52,406 bases of DNA from Clostridia bacterium. GTDB lineage: Bacteria > Bacillota > Clostridia > Oscillospirales > CAG-272. A program made the translations under genes and the position numbers. Of the stretch, positions 8,731 to 18,347 are shown piece after piece. Position 1 is the first letter of the stretch. Each line of letters starts with the position of its first letter. The notes beneath the pieces are model-generated. The model saw only the letters and a program-made list of their open reading frames with translations, was not told the origin of the DNA and did not search any database. The stretch is taken from positions 1 through 52,406 of the forward strand of contig JAFUMU010000045.1 of assembly GCA_017482495.1 (NCBI GenBank), read 5' to 3'.

Positions 8731-9474
8731 TTACTCAGCGTCTGCTTCAGCGGGAGCCTCTTCAGCCTCGCCTGCGTCCTCTGCCATCTGCTCGCCCTGT
8801 CTGCCTTCGATAACTGCATCAGCAAGTACGGAAGCGATAAGACGGATTGCGCGGATTGCGTCGTCGTTACCGGGAATTACATAGTCTGCGTCGTCAGGAT
8901 CGCAGTTTGTGTCAACGATTGCAACTACGGGGATACCGAGTCTCTTTGCTTCGAGAACAGCGTTGTGCTCCTTGCGTGTATCTACGATAAAGATACAGTC
9001 GGGAAGGCCGCCCATATTCTTGATACCGCCGAGGTTACGCTCGAGAGTCATCATTTCCTTCTGGAGAGCAGCTACTTCCTTCTTGGGAAGCATATCGAAT
9101 GTGCCGTCAGCCTGCATCTTCTCAAGGCTGTTGAGTCTTGCGATGCTTGTCTTAATTGTCTTATAGTTTGTGAGCATACCGCCGAGCCAACGTACGTTTA
9201 CGTAGTACTGGCCGCAACGCTCTGCTTCTTCGCGGATAGCATCGGAAGCCTGCTTCTTTGTACCAACAAAGAGAACGTTTCCGCCCTGCTCAGAGATCTC
9301 GCGAACGAACATGTAAGCTTCCTCGAACTTCTTGATTGTCTTCTGAAGGTCGATGATGTAGAGGCCGTTACGCTCTGTGAAGATGTATTCAGCCATCTTA
9401 GGGTTCCAGCGTCTTGTGTGGTGACCGAAATGTACACCTGCTTCAAGAAGCTGCTTGATAGAAACAACAGACAT
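8731..9474 (-). CDS. rpsB: 30S ribosomal protein S2
   Basis: [27 protein letters not shown]. Start set at 9474 because AAGGAGG lies 7 nt upstream. The ORF-track start at 9504 adds 10 unsupported residues. Acidic C-terminal tail. Confidence 0.95.
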   Translation of the reverse strand: MSVVSIKQLLEAGVHFGHHTRRWNPKMAEYIFTERNGLYIIDLQKTIKKFEEAYMFVREISEQGGNVLFVGTKKQASDAIREEAERCGQYYVNVRWLGGMLTNYKTIKTSIARLNSLEKMQADGTFDMLPKKEVAALQKEMMTLERNLGGIKNMGGLPDCIFIVDTRKEHNAVLEAKRLGIPVVAIVDTNCDPDDADYVIPGNDDAIRAIRLIASVLADAVIEGRQGEQMAEDAGEAEEAPAEADAE

Positions 9475-9595
9475 TTTAATGTCCTCCTTCGGTTTTTCCA
9501 CCATACGGATCGGGATTCGCAGCCTTTCGGCACCGGCGTCCCGCCTTTGCGTATGTGTGTTATATTAAATGTCACGCTTTTCGCATGCATCGGTC

Positions 9596-9624
9596 ATTCT
9601 ACCATAATTTTTATCCCATTGCAA
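9596..9624 (-). promoter_or_regulatory. Candidate rpsB promoter (TTGCAA-17-TAGAAT, TGn)
   Basis: On the minus strand: TTGCAA (9619-9624), 17-nt spacer, TAGAAT (9596-9601). Leaves a GC-rich leader of about 115 nt before rpsB. Confidence 0.5.
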
Positions 9625-9650
9625 TAGCTTATATGCCGTTCACAGAAAAT

Positions 9651-10931
9651 TTACATTTTCTCTATTTGAAACAGTTTATTAAGCACCAACCACATTTGAG
9701 GAAACGGTCTCATTACGTTCCATATTCCGACCCCTTTCATGCCGAATTCTGCCGCCAGGCGCGCCAATGCATCCACACTTCTTGCATCCTGAGTCCAGAC
9801 TACGTGTTCAGCACCATCACTGTAATAACTGAAATACGGTGCTGCAGCCACTTCGTCAAACTGTATTGCAGCTCCTACCTTTCTTGCAAGTTCAACCGCA
9901 GCAACAGGTGGAGCGGGTGATGCCTGACTTTCGCCTCTTATATACGGCAATGTCCAATCATAACCGTAAGCAGGAATGCCGAGAAACAGCTTATCAGGAG
10001 TTATTTCCATTACCGCAAACTCTGCCACCCTTCTCACCTCATTAAGAGGAGAAACAGGAAGGGGCGGTCCAAACTGATACCCCCATTCATATGTCATAAG
10101 GAAAGCATAGTCTGCCGCATTTCCGAGCGCTCTGTAATCGTGAGCCTCATAAAGCAGCCCTCTCTGATCCCTTGAGGTCTTAGGCGCCAGCGCAACAAAC
10201 ACTGCATAGTCCCCTCTCAGCTCATCGTTTATCTCCGTCACAAACGAAGCAAATTCTTCAGCATACTCAGGTGAGATGAATTCAAAATCTACGTCTATAC
10301 CGCCGTAACCATTACTTCTGACGATCTCTGCTGCCGATCGGATAACAGACTCTCTGAAGCTCTTATCTGACAGAACCTTGTTCACCAATTCATTTGAAAA
10401 GGTACCGTCCTCCGAAAGAGATGTCAACATCATAAGCGGAACTGTGTCATACTCTTTTGCAAGTGCGATCAGCCTTTCATCTCCGCCCTCGGGTGGGATA
10501 AGTGTACCGTCATTGTTTATTCCGTATGAGAAGATAGACAGATATGTAAGATACGGCAGGACCGAGCGTATCTGCTCATCCGATATATAAGGATAGGCAT
10601 ATCCGTTTATCCTTATATTGCCCAGCGGTGCCCCGCCGTAGCTTATAACTATGGTCTGACCCTCAAAAATATCAGTTTTTCCCTGAAGTATGGGATTGTT
10701 TCGCAGCAACTCCTGAACCGAAACTGAATATGCATCTGCTATAGATGAAAGAGTATCCCCACTCTGTACTGTATATACAGATTCAGGATACTGCAATACC
10801 AATGTCTGCCCAACCACCAGATTGCCCGGAGCAGTTAGTCTGTTGTCCGTGATTATCCTTTGCGCAGTAGTACCGTTTTCTTCCGCGATAGAAAAAACAG
10901 TATCACCGGGCTTTACTGTGTATATTATCAT
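9651..10931 (-). CDS. LysM(x2)-GH18 protein, SleL/YaaH-like spore peptidoglycan hydrolase
   Basis: Two LysM repeats (YTVKPGDTVFSIAE..., YTVQSGDTLSSIAD...) followed by a GH18-like barrel (GGIDVDFEF). The architecture and about 426-aa length match B. subtilis YaaH/SleL. Start at 10931 (GGAGG plus 5 nt) is preferred over 10943. Confidence 0.8.
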   Translation of the reverse strand: MIIYTVKPGDTVFSIAEENGTTAQRIITDNRLTAPGNLVVGQTLVLQYPESVYTVQSGDTLSSIADAYSVSVQELLRNNPILQGKTDIFEGQTIVISYGGAPLGNIRINGYAYPYISDEQIRSVLPYLTYLSIFSYGINNDGTLIPPEGGDERLIALAKEYDTVPLMMLTSLSEDGTFSNELVNKVLSDKSFRESVIRSAAEIVRSNGYGGIDVDFEFISPEYAEEFASFVTEINDELRGDYAVFVALAPKTSRDQRGLLYEAHDYRALGNAADYAFLMTYEWGYQFGPPLPVSPLNEVRRVAEFAVMEITPDKLFLGIPAYGYDWTLPYIRGESQASPAPPVAAVELARKVGAAIQFDEVAAAPYFSYYSDGAEHVVWTQDARSVDALARLAAEFGMKGVGIWNVMRPFPQMWLVLNKLFQIEKM

Positions 10932-11056
10932 AAATACCTCCATTTGTTTTTCCTTTTATTATATGCATACGGATTATTTATATGTGTAATATACCTAATA
11001 TTGCATAACACATACTCAAAAGGACAAAAATAACTCAAACGAAAGGAGATATATTT

Positions 11057-12322
11057 ATGTCCACACAACCTAAAATAAAATGTATTACCGCCGATGAGAT
11101 ACTTGACTCCAGAGGATGGCCTACAGTTTGCGCAACTGTTACCGCAGACGACGGATGCGGTGCGTATGCATCCATACCCTCCGGTGCATCAACAGGAAGC
11201 CACGAAGCTCACGAAAAAAGAGATCTTGATCTCTCACGATATATGGGAAAGGGCGTGTTGTCCGCAATAGATTCAATAAACTGCACCATTGCCCCTAAGC
11301 TGGAGGGATGTCCGCTCAATCAAGGTATCATAGACTCAAGACTTATTTCCATAGACGGCACGGAAAACAAGGAAAAGCTTGGTGGCAACGCTACACTTGC
11401 CGTATCTCTTGCCTGTGCAAGAGTGGGGGCTCTATGTGCTGGTCAGCCGCTTTTCAGATATTTGGGAGGCATCAATTCACACAGAATGCCCATTCCTATG
11501 ATGAACATTCTCAACGGCGGCGCTCACGCCTCAAACAATGCTGACATTCAGGAATTTATGATAATGCCCGTAGGCTTCAGTTCATTCCGCGAGGCGCTTC
11601 GTGCAGGAAGTGAGATATACCACACTTTAGGAAAAATTCTCAAAAGCGACGGTAAAAGCACAGCAGTAGGCGACGAGGGCGGGTTTGCTCCCGACTGTGA
11701 CAGCGAGCCTCAGATACTTGACTATCTTGTTCAGGCAATAACCGAATCCGGCTACGATACAAACAGAGTGAAAATAGCGCTTGATGCCGCCGCAACGGAG
11801 TGGTACTCAGACGGAAAATATATTCTTCCCAAAAGCGGAGAGGTACTCTCAAAGGAATCGCTTATTGAAAGATGGGAATATCTCTGTGAAAACTATCCTA
11901 TCGTTTCCATTGAAGACCCACTTGCGGAGGACGATTTCGGTGCATGGGAAATGCTTACTGAAAGATTGGGCAAAAAAATAATGCTTGTGGGAGACGACCT
12001 TTTCGTTACCAATGAAAAAAGACTTCGCGAGGGAGTTTCACGAGGTATTGCAAATTCCGTCCTTATTAAGCCAAATCAGATAGGCACCCTCTCCGAGACA
12101 ATGGCTGTTATGAACTACGCTTCAGACAAGAGTTACAAAACTATCGTTTCACACCGTTCAGGAGAAACAGAAGACACAGCCGTGGCTGATATCGCTGTTG
12201 CCATGAACGCAGGCTTTGTGAAATTCGGTGCCCCCTGCAGAGGCGAGCGCACTGCAAAATACAACCGCCTCCTGCGTATTGAAAATCAGCTTGGAGCTTC
12301 CGCGGTTTACGGAATAGTTTGA
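11057..12322 (+). CDS. eno: Enolase (phosphopyruvate hydratase), divergent
   Basis: 421 aa. Metal and catalytic motifs are present: SGASTG, ALDAAATE, SIEDP, VGDDLFVTN, IKPNQIGT, SHRSGETED. Conserved blocks are altered (DSRGWPT; GFVKFGAPCRGERTAKYN). Confidence 0.85.
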   Translation: MSTQPKIKCITADEILDSRGWPTVCATVTADDGCGAYASIPSGASTGSHEAHEKRDLDLSRYMGKGVLSAIDSINCTIAPKLEGCPLNQGIIDSRLISIDGTENKEKLGGNATLAVSLACARVGALCAGQPLFRYLGGINSHRMPIPMMNILNGGAHASNNADIQEFMIMPVGFSSFREALRAGSEIYHTLGKILKSDGKSTAVGDEGGFAPDCDSEPQILDYLVQAITESGYDTNRVKIALDAAATEWYSDGKYILPKSGEVLSKESLIERWEYLCENYPIVSIEDPLAEDDFGAWEMLTERLGKKIMLVGDDLFVTNEKRLREGVSRGIANSVLIKPNQIGTLSETMAVMNYASDKSYKTIVSHRSGETEDTAVADIAVAMNAGFVKFGAPCRGERTAKYNRLLRIENQLGASAVYGIV

Positions 12323-12421
12323 ACTGAAGAGAAGTTTGGAGGGGACTTTTGAGGAAAGCCCCCTCCAAGCCTCCCCAAACCTTTTTGAATAAGAAGAACA
12401 ATATAATCACATTTTGACCGT

Positions 12422-12452
12422 AAAAAAAGGACGGCTATGCCGTCCTTTTTTT
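12422..12452. terminator. Bidirectional intrinsic terminator between eno and icd
   Basis: AAAAAAA-GGACGGC-TAT-GCCGTCC-TTTTTTT, symmetric with A and T runs on both sides. Confidence 0.8.
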
Positions 12453-12457
12453 ACATA

Positions 12458-13654
12458 TTAAAGTCTTGCTGCGATCTCGTGGAGGAAGGTTTCTGTATCA
12501 ACTACCTTCTTATTCTCTAAAGTACAGAGATAAGAGAGATTCTTGTCCATTACGCCATCTTCCATTGTCTTGATTGATGCTCTTTCAAGCTTATCTGCAA
12601 ATTCACACAGTTCGGGGATATCATCAAGCTCACCGCGTTTACGAAGCGCGCCTGTCCATGCAAATATTGTTGCAATGGGGTTAGTAGAAGTCTTTTCACC
12701 CTTGAGATAATTATAGTAATGTCTTGTAACTGTACCATGAGCAGCTTCATACTCATACTTGCCGTCAGGAGAAACAAGAACGCTGGTCATGAGACCTAAA
12801 CTACCATAGGCTGTTGCAAGCATATCACTCATAACATCACCATCATAGTTTTTACAAGCCCAAATAAAGCCACCTTCGCTTCTGATTACTCTTGATACAG
12901 CATCGTCAATAAGGGTGTAGAAATACTCAATTCCTGCTTCTTCGAATTTTTCCTTATATTCTGTTTCATAAATTTCCGCAAAAATATCCTTAAAACGATG
13001 ATCGTATATCTTGGAAATCGTATCCTTTGATGCAAACCAAAGATCCTGTTTCATTTCAAGAGCATAGTTAAAACAAGTACGTGCAAAACCGGAAATGGAA
13101 TCATCTGTATTGTGTACACCCTGAATAACGCCATCGCCTGCGAAAGTATGAATAAGCTTTCTTGTTTCTGTTCCATCGGGTGCTGTTACAACAAGCTCAG
13201 CTTTACACCCCTCAGATACCTTCATCTCAGTATTCTTATAAATATCGCCGTAAGCATGACGTGCGATAGTAATAGGTTTTGTCCAAGTAGGAATGTATGT
13301 TGAAATACCGTTTACAATAATAGGTGTACGGAACACAGTACCATCCAGGATAGCACGAATTGTACCGTTAGGACTTTTCCACATCTCTTTGAGATTGTAC
13401 TCTGTCATGCGCGCAGCATTGGGAGTAATTGTTGCGCACTTTACTGCAACGCCGTACTTCTTTGTTGCCTCTGCAGCATCGATCGTAACCTGGTCGTTTG
13501 TCTCATTTCTGTAGGGAAGACCCAGATCGTAGTACTCACTCTTAAGGTCTACGTAGGGGTTGATAAGTATATCTTTGATCATCTTCCAGATGATTCTGGT
13601 CATTTCATCTCCATCCATCTCAACGAGGGGAGTTTTCATCTGAATCTTTGCCAT
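12458..13654 (-). CDS. icd: NADP-dependent isocitrate dehydrogenase (eukaryote-like, about 400-aa subfamily)
   Basis: 398 aa. [23 protein letters not shown] and full-length similarity to IDH1-type enzymes. Confidence 0.9.
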   Translation of the reverse strand: MAKIQMKTPLVEMDGDEMTRIIWKMIKDILINPYVDLKSEYYDLGLPYRNETNDQVTIDAAEATKKYGVAVKCATITPNAARMTEYNLKEMWKSPNGTIRAILDGTVFRTPIIVNGISTYIPTWTKPITIARHAYGDIYKNTEMKVSEGCKAELVVTAPDGTETRKLIHTFAGDGVIQGVHNTDDSISGFARTCFNYALEMKQDLWFASKDTISKIYDHRFKDIFAEIYETEYKEKFEEAGIEYFYTLIDDAVSRVIRSEGGFIWACKNYDGDVMSDMLATAYGSLGLMTSVLVSPDGKYEYEAAHGTVTRHYYNYLKGEKTSTNPIATIFAWTGALRKRGELDDIPELCEFADKLERASIKTMEDGVMDKNLSYLCTLENKKVVDTETFLHEIAARL

Positions 13655-13747
13655 TTCGTTGTCCTCCGAATTACTAAAAATACACCGTATATTTTACCAT
13701 ATTAAAGTCATACTGTCAACATATTTTTAGTTTTCATATTTTTTCAA

Positions 13748-13775
13748 TTGAAATCCTGATTTATTGTGCTATAAT
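13748..13775 (+). promoter_or_regulatory. Sigma-70-type promoter (TTGAAA-16-TATAAT, TGn)
   Basis: TTGAAA at 13748-13753, TGC then TATAAT at 13770-13775. Lies only about 10-20 nt before the regulator's candidate GTG/TTG starts. Confidence 0.6.
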
Positions 13776-13785
13776 CGTTGAAGAG

Positions 13786-14979
13786 GTGAGTAAATTGATT
13801 TACGAAAGCGTACAAAAAGCGGCAGAGCGTCTTGGGGTTTCACCGAGAGCTGTTCAAAAAAGGGCGGCACAGGGAAAGATTCCCGGAGCTGTCAAGGAAG
13901 GAAGAGATTGGAGGATCCCTGTATCCGACATCAGCACAGCAGAAAGCTCTGACACGGCAGAGAAAAAATCTGTTCCCGAAGCCTACAGGACTACCATGCA
14001 TCTGCTTGACAGCACTCACGCCCCCGGAGATTGTCTTAAGCATATTTACAAAATAGATGACAAGGATGACAGAAACGTTGCACTGGGACAGTATTATTTC
14101 TTTTCGGGAGAGTCTCAAAAAGCCGTTGAAATCCTTGAGCCCTATTTAGGAAGCTCCGATGTTGCGCTGAAGTATTCGGCAAGCTTTTTCAGTATGTTTT
14201 CATATGTAACCACAGGACAGTTGCACCTCGCCAAATATGCTATGAACAGCTTATACGATCAGGTAAAGGCCGGCCTCCATCCGCTGGCACCGCCCGAGCT
14301 GAAAGCAGTGTGCGTTTTCACAGGTACAGCTTGCTCAGTAATGTTTCATTTGCCCACACCGCCGCTTCCTCCGCTTGAGGAGCATGTAAAATATTTAAAC
14401 GGCGGTATAAAATATTGGGCTTGCTACGTTCTTGCCCACAAGGCATACAATGAAAAAAACTACGAAAGATGTGTTGCCATAGCCGACATTGCGCTTGCTA
14501 TGCAAAGCAAGCAATATGTCATAACCTCAATATATCTTCACATTGTTGCGGCAATGGGACTTATAAACCTCAAGCGCGTCGAAGATGCAAAAAAACACAT
14601 TATGGATGCCTGGTCAATAGCAGAGCCCGACAATATTGTATGTCCGTTCGGCGAACATCATCCTCTTCTTCAGGGACTTATTGAGGTATGCTTCAAAAAG
14701 GAGCGTCCCGAAGAATACGACAAAATGATCTCCATCGCCCAGAGCTTCCGCTCCAATTGGAGTAAAATGGGTGCTGACAGTTACGACTCTGAGGCAGCCA
14801 ATCAGCTTACAGCAACAGAATTTACCGTTGCTATGCTTTACAACAGAAACTGGTCTGCTCAGGAAATAGCTGCTCATATGAATCTATCTGAGCATACTGT
14901 CAGAGGTTACATAAAAAACATCTACGCTAAATTGAGCATTAAAGATAAAAACGGACTAAAAAAATATATGATTAATTGA
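13786..14979 (+). CDS. Transcriptional regulator with N-terminal excisionase/MerR-like HTH and C-terminal LuxR-type HTH
   Basis: N-terminus: SVQKAAERLGVSPRAVQKRAAQGKIPGAVKEGRDWRIP. C-terminus: LTATEFTVAMLYNRNWSAQEIAAHMNLSEHTVRGYIKNIYAKL. A helical middle region of about 280 aa. Non-ATG start (GTG 13786 or TTG 13795), so the exact start is uncertain. Confidence 0.75.
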   Translation: MSKLIYESVQKAAERLGVSPRAVQKRAAQGKIPGAVKEGRDWRIPVSDISTAESSDTAEKKSVPEAYRTTMHLLDSTHAPGDCLKHIYKIDDKDDRNVALGQYYFFSGESQKAVEILEPYLGSSDVALKYSASFFSMFSYVTTGQLHLAKYAMNSLYDQVKAGLHPLAPPELKAVCVFTGTACSVMFHLPTPPLPPLEEHVKYLNGGIKYWACYVLAHKAYNEKNYERCVAIADIALAMQSKQYVITSIYLHIVAAMGLINLKRVEDAKKHIMDAWSIAEPDNIVCPFGEHHPLLQGLIEVCFKKERPEEYDKMISIAQSFRSNWSKMGADSYDSEAANQLTATEFTVAMLYNRNWSAQEIAAHMNLSEHTVRGYIKNIYAKLSIKDKNGLKKYMIN

Positions 14980-14988
14980 GGGACAGCA

Positions 14989-15198
14989 TTTTTTTGTTTT
15001 TTTCTTAAAAATCCCCCCCACGCTAACCGGGCTCCGAAGCATTAGATGTATAAGCCTTACAAGGTCTCAAGAGAAACAAAGAAGGATATGAAAACGGAAA
15101 TAAGCTTCCGTTTTCATATCCTTCTTCTTTTTCTTTGTCAAAGGAGGTGCGTTTGTCCGCCACATATATAACATTACATTTATTCAAGGTTCTCTGAA
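14989..15198 (-). repeat. Structured intergenic repeat, copy B (partner 1320-1636)
   Basis: Read on the minus strand: box TTCAGAGAACCTTGAATAAATGTAAT (15198-15173); perfect 21-bp hairpin (arms 15079-15099 and 15106-15126, loop of 6 nt); GCGTGGGGGGG block; A7CA7 run (15003-14989). Confidence 0.7.
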
Positions 15199-15203
15199 TG
15201 AGT

Positions 15204-15238
15204 GTGTGGGAACTCTCTGCGAAAGAGAGTTCCCACAC
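15204..15238 (-). other. 15-bp perfect hairpin just downstream of recR (no U-run)
   Basis: GTGTGGGAACTCTCT-GCGAA-AGAGAGTTCCCACAC, 13 nt after the recR stop. Lacks a T-tract on either strand, so it is not called as a canonical terminator. Confidence 0.5.
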
Positions 15239-15251
15239 TATGATCCTTCAA

Positions 15252-15851
15252 TCATTTCATATTATATCTGCCCTCGAGAGCGCGTCGGAGGGTAAGCTCG
15301 TCTGCGTAATCAAGGTCTCCGCCCACGGGCATACCGTTAGCAATACGGCTGGTCTTAACTCCGAGGGGGGCAAGAAGTCTTGCAAGATACATTGCTGTAG
15401 TCTCCCCCTCTGGAGTAGGATTAGTAGCCAGAATGACCTCTGTCACACTTCCGTCCAAACGGCTGAGAAGCTCACGTATCTTAAGCTTATCGGGACCTAT
15501 TCCTCTCATAGGAGAGATAACGCCGTGAAGAACATGATACATTCCCTTGTATTCCCTTACTTTTTCAACAGCCATTGCAGCGCGGTAATCCTCCACCACG
15601 CAGATAACGCTATGGTCTCTTTCCTCGGAGGAACAAATATCACACAGCTCTCCTATTGAAATATTCTGACAACAGGAACAAAATCTCAGTTCTCTTTTCA
15701 CTGCAAGCAAGGCATCGGAAAATTCCTCGACCGCCGCTGCGTCCATATCCACAACTGACAGCGCAAGGCGCGTCGCGGTCTTCTTTCCGATTCCCTCAAG
15801 TCGGCGAAACATATCTGAAAGGCGCTCCAAAACCTCCGGATACTCAGCCAT
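15252..15851 (-). CDS. recR: Recombination protein RecR
   Basis: C4 zinc finger (CSCCQNISIGELCDIC), Toprim region, HhH (LEGIGKKTATRLA). Start at 15851 gives a TGAtATG junction with ybaB. The ORF-track start at 15881 overlaps ybaB. Confidence 0.9.
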   Translation of the reverse strand: MAEYPEVLERLSDMFRRLEGIGKKTATRLALSVVDMDAAAVEEFSDALLAVKRELRFCSCCQNISIGELCDICSSEERDHSVICVVEDYRAAMAVEKVREYKGMYHVLHGVISPMRGIGPDKLKIRELLSRLDGSVTEVILATNPTPEGETTAMYLARLLAPLGVKTSRIANGMPVGGDLDYADELTLRRALEGRYNMK

Positions 15852-15852
15852 A

Positions 15853-16215
15853 TCAGAACATTCCGGGCATACCCAGACCACCCATATTCAGGCTGCCTGT
15901 GATCTTACCCATCTCCTCGCTGTTTGTATCGTTAACTCTCTTGATAGCTTCATTAACGCCTGCTGTAAGTATATCCTGAAGTGTTTCAACATCGTCGGGG
16001 TCAACAACATCGGGATCGATCTCAATATTCTGGACCTCCAGCTTACCGTTGATCTTTACCTTTACAGCACCGCCGCCTGCGCTGATATCATATATTCTTG
16101 CGTCCAGGTCCTCCTGAAGTGCAGCCATATCCTCCTGCATCTTCTGTGCCTGCTTCATAAGTCCCTGCATATTTGTGGGTCCGCCTCCGCGGCCCTGAGG
16201 AAGTCTTGCTTTCAT
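15853..16215 (-). CDS. ybaB: YbaB/EbfC family nucleoid-associated protein
   Basis: 120 aa. MQGLMKQAQKMQEDM motif and the conserved dnaX-ybaB-recR context. Confidence 0.9.
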   Translation of the reverse strand: MKARLPQGRGGGPTNMQGLMKQAQKMQEDMAALQEDLDARIYDISAGGGAVKVKINGKLEVQNIEIDPDVVDPDDVETLQDILTAGVNEAIKRVNDTNSEEMGKITGSLNMGGLGMPGMF

Positions 16216-16237
16216 TTCTGTATCTCCTTAATTATTT

Positions 16238-17794
16238 TTATAATAATCCCCCAAGCTCATCTGCCGGGGAGCTTTCTTTTTTAGCTACAGCTTTCTTTAT
16301 AACCTTAACATCGGCTCTTCCATCCGTTATCTTTGCAAGAGCAAATGCCTCGGACAGATGCTTTATTGCTGTCGGTGTACTTAGCATAATATGTCCAAAT
16401 CCATCCGAATAAACAGTAAGACTCTTACCGTTTGCTGAAACATACACCTCAGAGGATCTGAGAAATTCCGGAAGCGCCGGATCCATATTAGCGATCCTGC
16501 TGACAGCCTCGCTGATATCTCTCACAAGCTCATCGCCTGTGTCTGCAATCGGTACAGCCTCAGTTTGCCGCTCCTTATCTTCCTTTACACATACCGCTTC
16601 GGGCTCATTCTTTGCTTCAACAGAAACAAATCCGCCTCCCATTGACAACAGAGCTATCTGATCCTCAAGCCTTGCTATCCTTGCAGAAAGTGCTTCTGCG
16701 GAGCTGTCAAGCTCGGGTCGGCACATTCTCATAAGGCACATTTCTGCCGTTATCCTCTTGTTCTGCGGTGTTCTTGCCATTGAAGCACTGCCTTCATCAA
16801 GCACCTTGCAATAATACACCAGCTCAGCCAATGTAAACTGTGCCGCGCTGTCAGCGAGCAATTGCGCTTCAGCCTCTGTCAGGTCAAGATATTCAGCCGC
16901 ATCACCCGAATACTTAGATACAAGCATATCACGTACAAATCCGATCATCTCCTGCCAAAACACAGAAAGGTCCTTGGAAGATGACACAACATCTGCCACA
17001 ACACCGAAAAGCTCTCCCATCTTATTGGCTCTCACGCTTTTCATCACGCCTGCAACAGTTTCATACCCGCTGAGCCCTAATACAGTTTTGACTCTCGCTT
17101 CCGTTACATCAGCGCCGCCTGCGCCGCACAGCTCAAAAAGTCCGATAGCGTCTCGCATACCGCCCTGCGCTTGTCTTGCAATAAGCTGTGCCGCAGCTCT
17201 CTCAAGAACTGCGCCCTCGCTATCTGCAATATACTCAAGTCTATCGGCGATAATGTTCATATCGATCCTTCTGAAATCAAACCTCTGACATCTTGAAACG
17301 ATGGTGGCCGGGATCTTATGAAGCTCTGTGGTTGCAAGGATGAACACTATATGCGCGGGAGGCTCCTCTATAGTTTTCAACAAAGCATTAAATGCGCCCT
17401 GGGAAAGCATATGGACCTCGTCGATTATATACACCTTCTTCTTAAGCATAGAAGGTGTATATACCACTTCTTCGCAAAGACGTCTGATATCGTCAACGCC
17501 GTTGTTGGATGCGGCGTCCATTTCTATAACATCGGTCGCAGAGCCAGAATCTATATCAAGGCACGACTGACACTTGCAGCAGGGGCTTCCGTCTACGGGA
17601 GCCTCACAGTTTACCGCCTTGGCAAGTATCTTTGCGCAGGTGGTCTTACCTGTTCCTCTTGAGCCGCAGAAAAGATACGCATGGGATACTCTGTCTCTTG
17701 CCGCCTGGAATCTCAGCACATCTGTTATATGTGCCTGTCCGCAAACGTCCTCAAAAATCTGAGGTCTGTATTTTCTGTACAATGCCTGATGCAC
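16238..17794 (-). CDS. dnaX: DNA polymerase III subunit gamma/tau
   Basis: 518 aa. Walker A GSRGTGKTT, zinc module CCKCQSC, SRCQRF sensor motif. GTG start with a GGGAG RBS. Confidence 0.95.
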   Translation of the reverse strand: MHQALYRKYRPQIFEDVCGQAHITDVLRFQAARDRVSHAYLFCGSRGTGKTTCAKILAKAVNCEAPVDGSPCCKCQSCLDIDSGSATDVIEMDAASNNGVDDIRRLCEEVVYTPSMLKKKVYIIDEVHMLSQGAFNALLKTIEEPPAHIVFILATTELHKIPATIVSRCQRFDFRRIDMNIIADRLEYIADSEGAVLERAAAQLIARQAQGGMRDAIGLFELCGAGGADVTEARVKTVLGLSGYETVAGVMKSVRANKMGELFGVVADVVSSSKDLSVFWQEMIGFVRDMLVSKYSGDAAEYLDLTEAEAQLLADSAAQFTLAELVYYCKVLDEGSASMARTPQNKRITAEMCLMRMCRPELDSSAEALSARIARLEDQIALLSMGGGFVSVEAKNEPEAVCVKEDKERQTEAVPIADTGDELVRDISEAVSRIANMDPALPEFLRSSEVYVSANGKSLTVYSDGFGHIMLSTPTAIKHLSEAFALAKITDGRADVKVIKKAVAKKESSPADELGGLL

Positions 17795-18002
17795 GGTGTC
17801 TCACTCCCTTTCTTTACAAATGCAGAATGCTGAATGCATAATGCAGAATTAACTGTTAGCTGAAGTTTTGCATACAGAAACCAACAGCCTCACTATTTCA
17901 TCGATATCTGTATTTAAACCGGTAAACAGTATATTTTATAAAACAGCCTCACACTGTTAATTTCTGCATTCTTCGTTCTACATTCCGGAGGCTCGTTTTG
18001 AA

Positions 18003-18311
18003 AAAAACGAGCCTCCGGGAAAGGCCATACGCCTGTAGATCGGCGCAGCATCTAAAGCGACATCTGCATTTCTGCTCGGACAGGCACTTCAACGGCACAT
18101 CAGCTAAACTGCTTAATGCTGCTTGGTTCCCCACCTGACATGGTTCACAGCCGCCAATTGCGCTGAAACCCATCTTTCAACACAGAAATTACAAATACAT
18201 ACATTTATCCGCTACACCTCAAAACAGGACATGACCCCCGCATACAGCGGATTTCGGGTTCAGGAGTCCGCTACTCTCCCGGCTTGTATGACCTTACCCC
18301 GAGGCTCGTTA
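18003..18311 (-). ncRNA. ffs: Signal recognition particle RNA (long, Bacillus/Clostridium type)
   Basis: Minus strand contains the domain IV motif GTCAGGTGGGGAACCAAGCAGC. The 5' CGAGCCTCGGGG pairs with the 3' CCCGGAGGCTCG, followed by T7. It has its own promoter at 18319-18347. Canonical position directly upstream of dnaX-ybaB-recR. Ends are approximate. Confidence 0.8.
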
Positions 18312-18318
18312 CCAGGGT

Positions 18319-18347
18319 ATTATATCACATCAAAAACACAAATGCAA
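18319..18347 (-). promoter_or_regulatory. Promoter of SRP RNA (TTGCAT-17-TATAAT, TGn)
   Basis: On the minus strand: TTGCAT (18342-18347), 17-nt spacer ending in TGA, TATAAT (18319-18324). No ORF with an RBS follows. Confidence 0.65.
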
